Part shown: in pieces, positions 51,854-52,919 of the stretch
Position numbering within the stretch: the stretch's first letter is position 1
Layout of the letters: each line of letters opens with the position of its first letter
DNA from: Candidatus Eiseniibacteriota bacterium
GTDB taxonomy: Bacteria; Eisenbacteria; RBG-16-71-46
Assembly: GCA_043720995.1 (NCBI GenBank)
Contig: JAYSRO010000345.1
Location: 1 to 52,919, forward strand
DNA: 52,919 bases
Direction: 5' to 3'
Translations under genes and position numbers: made by a program
Notes under the pieces: generated by a model
Told to the model about the DNA's origin: nothing
Seen by the model: the letters and a program-made list of their open reading frames with translations, nothing else
The model's database searches: none

Positions 51854-52919
51854 TGCGATACGGCGTTCGCAAATCGCTCGCGGTGTTGGCGCTCGCGTGC
51901 CTGAGCGGCGCCTTCGCGACGCAGGCGCGCGCGGACGAGCCGCTGTATGACGAAAGCGCGGCGCACGCCGAGGGCGGCACCACGTTCCGGCTCAATCCCG
52001 CCGGGATTTCTTCGTATGTCCCCAGCGAACTGACCCTCGGCATGATCGACGACCCGTTCCAGCGCGCGCGCCTGTCGGGGTCGCTCGAAGCGCACGGATT
52101 CCGCGTCGCGTTGCGAGGATCGCAGGACCAGCCGCTCGATTACTCGCTCGCATTGGGCGGCGGTGGCGATGCGTTCCGTCAAGGCATCGAAGCGACGTGG
52201 CTGCATGAAGCTCGCGGCGGCCGCGTGGCGGACTGGCGCTACGGATTCCTGTCGCGCCCCACGCCATGGCTGTCGGTTGGCGGCGTGGCGGAGCACCTGG
52301 GGCAGCCTTCGCTCAACGGCGCGCGGCTCGATCGCGCCTACGATCTCGCGATCGGCGTGCGCCCTTTTGCGCTCGACCGCTCGCGCGCGCACACGCTGGG
52401 CACGCGCCTGACGCTGACGGCCGATGCACGCGTGAGCGAAACGCAGCGGCTCGACGACGCCGTCTTCCGCATCGGCGGCGAATTCGAACTCGTGCCCGGG
52501 CTCGCGGTGCGTGGCAGCTACGAGGACCACACGCATGCGCTGCGCGTCGGCTTCAGCCTGAGCGGTCTTCACTCCCGCGCGAGCGGTCTCGGCAGCTACG
52601 ACCGTGGCGGCGACGCGGTGGGCCGCGCCTGGACGCTCTCGCTGCACCGCGCCGAGGCGCATACGGTATTCGCGGGCGCCAACCAGCGCCGCGTCGCCGT
52701 CGTGCGCATGGGCGGAGTGCTGGGCGATGACGACCTCTCCGGCTTCTCGATCGACGGCGCCACCAATGTTGGCTCAGCGGCCACGCTGCATGAGCAACTG
52801 AAGCGCGCGCTCGACGATCCACTGACGCGCGGCGTGCTGCTCGACCTGCGCGGCGTCGGCAACTTTGCCCAGCTCGAGGAGCTGCGCCCGCGCATTGCGC
52901 GGCTGCGCGCGGCCGGCAA
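51853..52919 (+). CDS. Signal peptide peptidase SppA-like (peptidase S49) with ~275-aa N-terminal beta-rich domain; 3' end outside the window
   Basis: Not in the supplied ORF track because no stop occurs before the window end. I translated frame 1 by hand from GTG 51853 (TAGTG overlap with the nth stop): VRYGVRKSLAVLALACLSGAFATQARA (signal) ... RRVAVVRMGGVLGDDD...LHEQLKRALDDPLTRGVLLDLRGVG...EELRPRIARLRAAG, the typical start of an S49 domain. The frame is open for all 355 codons. Confidence 0.7.
   Translation, partial: MRYGVRKSLAVLALACLSGAFATQARADEPLYDESAAHAEGGTTFRLNPAGISSYVPSELTLGMIDDPFQRARLSGSLEAHGFRVALRGSQDQPLDYSLALGGGGDAFRQGIEATWLHEARGGRVADWRYGFLSRPTPWLSVGGVAEHLGQPSLNGARLDRAYDLAIGVRPFALDRSRAHTLGTRLTLTADARVSETQRLDDAVFRIGGEFELVPGLAVRGSYEDHTHALRVGFSLSGLHSRASGLGSYDRGGDAVGRAWTLSLHRAEAHTVFAGANQRRVAVVRMGGVLGDDDLSGFSIDGATNVGSAATLHEQLKRALDDPLTRGVLLDLRGVGNFAQLEELRPRIARLRAAG

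Noticed and set aside
1-52919. Search for CRISPR arrays, tRNA/rRNA/tmRNA/RNase P genes, integrases, transposases, toxin-antitoxin pairs and reverse transcriptases
   Set aside because: I found no regularly spaced direct repeats, no GGTTCGAATCC-type T-loops in the intergenic regions I read, no rRNA-like conserved blocks and no matching protein motifs. This is by-eye scanning only; tRNAscan-SE, Infernal and minCED should confirm it.

Overview
This is a very GC-rich bacterial chromosomal segment, densely coding on both strands. I found no rRNA, tRNA, CRISPR array, transposase, integrase or phage genes. I call about 40 protein genes.

Housekeeping and metabolic genes: sthA (5'-truncated at the window start), msrB, pepA, rlmD, a class I aminotransferase, a NUDIX hydrolase, a Lon-like protease, a DD-carboxypeptidase, a PIG-L deacetylase, an alpha-glucan phosphorylase, pabB-pabC, an MtaD-like amidohydrolase, nth, and an sppA-like gene that runs off the 3' end and is absent from the ORF track.

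Many genes encode envelope or secreted proteins: lipoproteins, a fasciclin protein, a beta-helix/FN3 protein, a TetA-like MFS pump, a GT39/TPR membrane protein and OM beta-barrels. Two are giant surface proteins (1050 and 1284 aa) that end in the same Por-tail/FlgD-Ig-like C-terminal domain. That domain suggests an FCB-/Gemmatimonadota-like environmental lineage, which is an inference.

Many long ORFs in the track are antisense or alternate-frame shadows typical of high-GC DNA, and I rejected them.

Most noteworthy observations:
1. A 128-bp MITE-like element with perfect 18-bp terminal inverted repeats and CTAG flanks interrupts an alpha/beta-hydrolase gene. Removing it restores the reading frame exactly.
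2. A tightly linked GNAT plus orphan BoxB/PaaA-family diiron oxygenase pair.
3. A translationally coupled LolA-like/Omp85-like pair directly upstream of the 1284-aa propeller/Ig/CTD protein.
4. A protease-less double-PDZ protein carrying an (M-x-G)11 methionine array.
5. An N-domain-less Lon paralog with a degenerate Walker B motif and pore loop and a poly-Glu tail.
6. A pair of Cys-rich envelope proteins ending in a textbook intrinsic terminator.

All functional calls come from reading motifs by eye. No database search was run.
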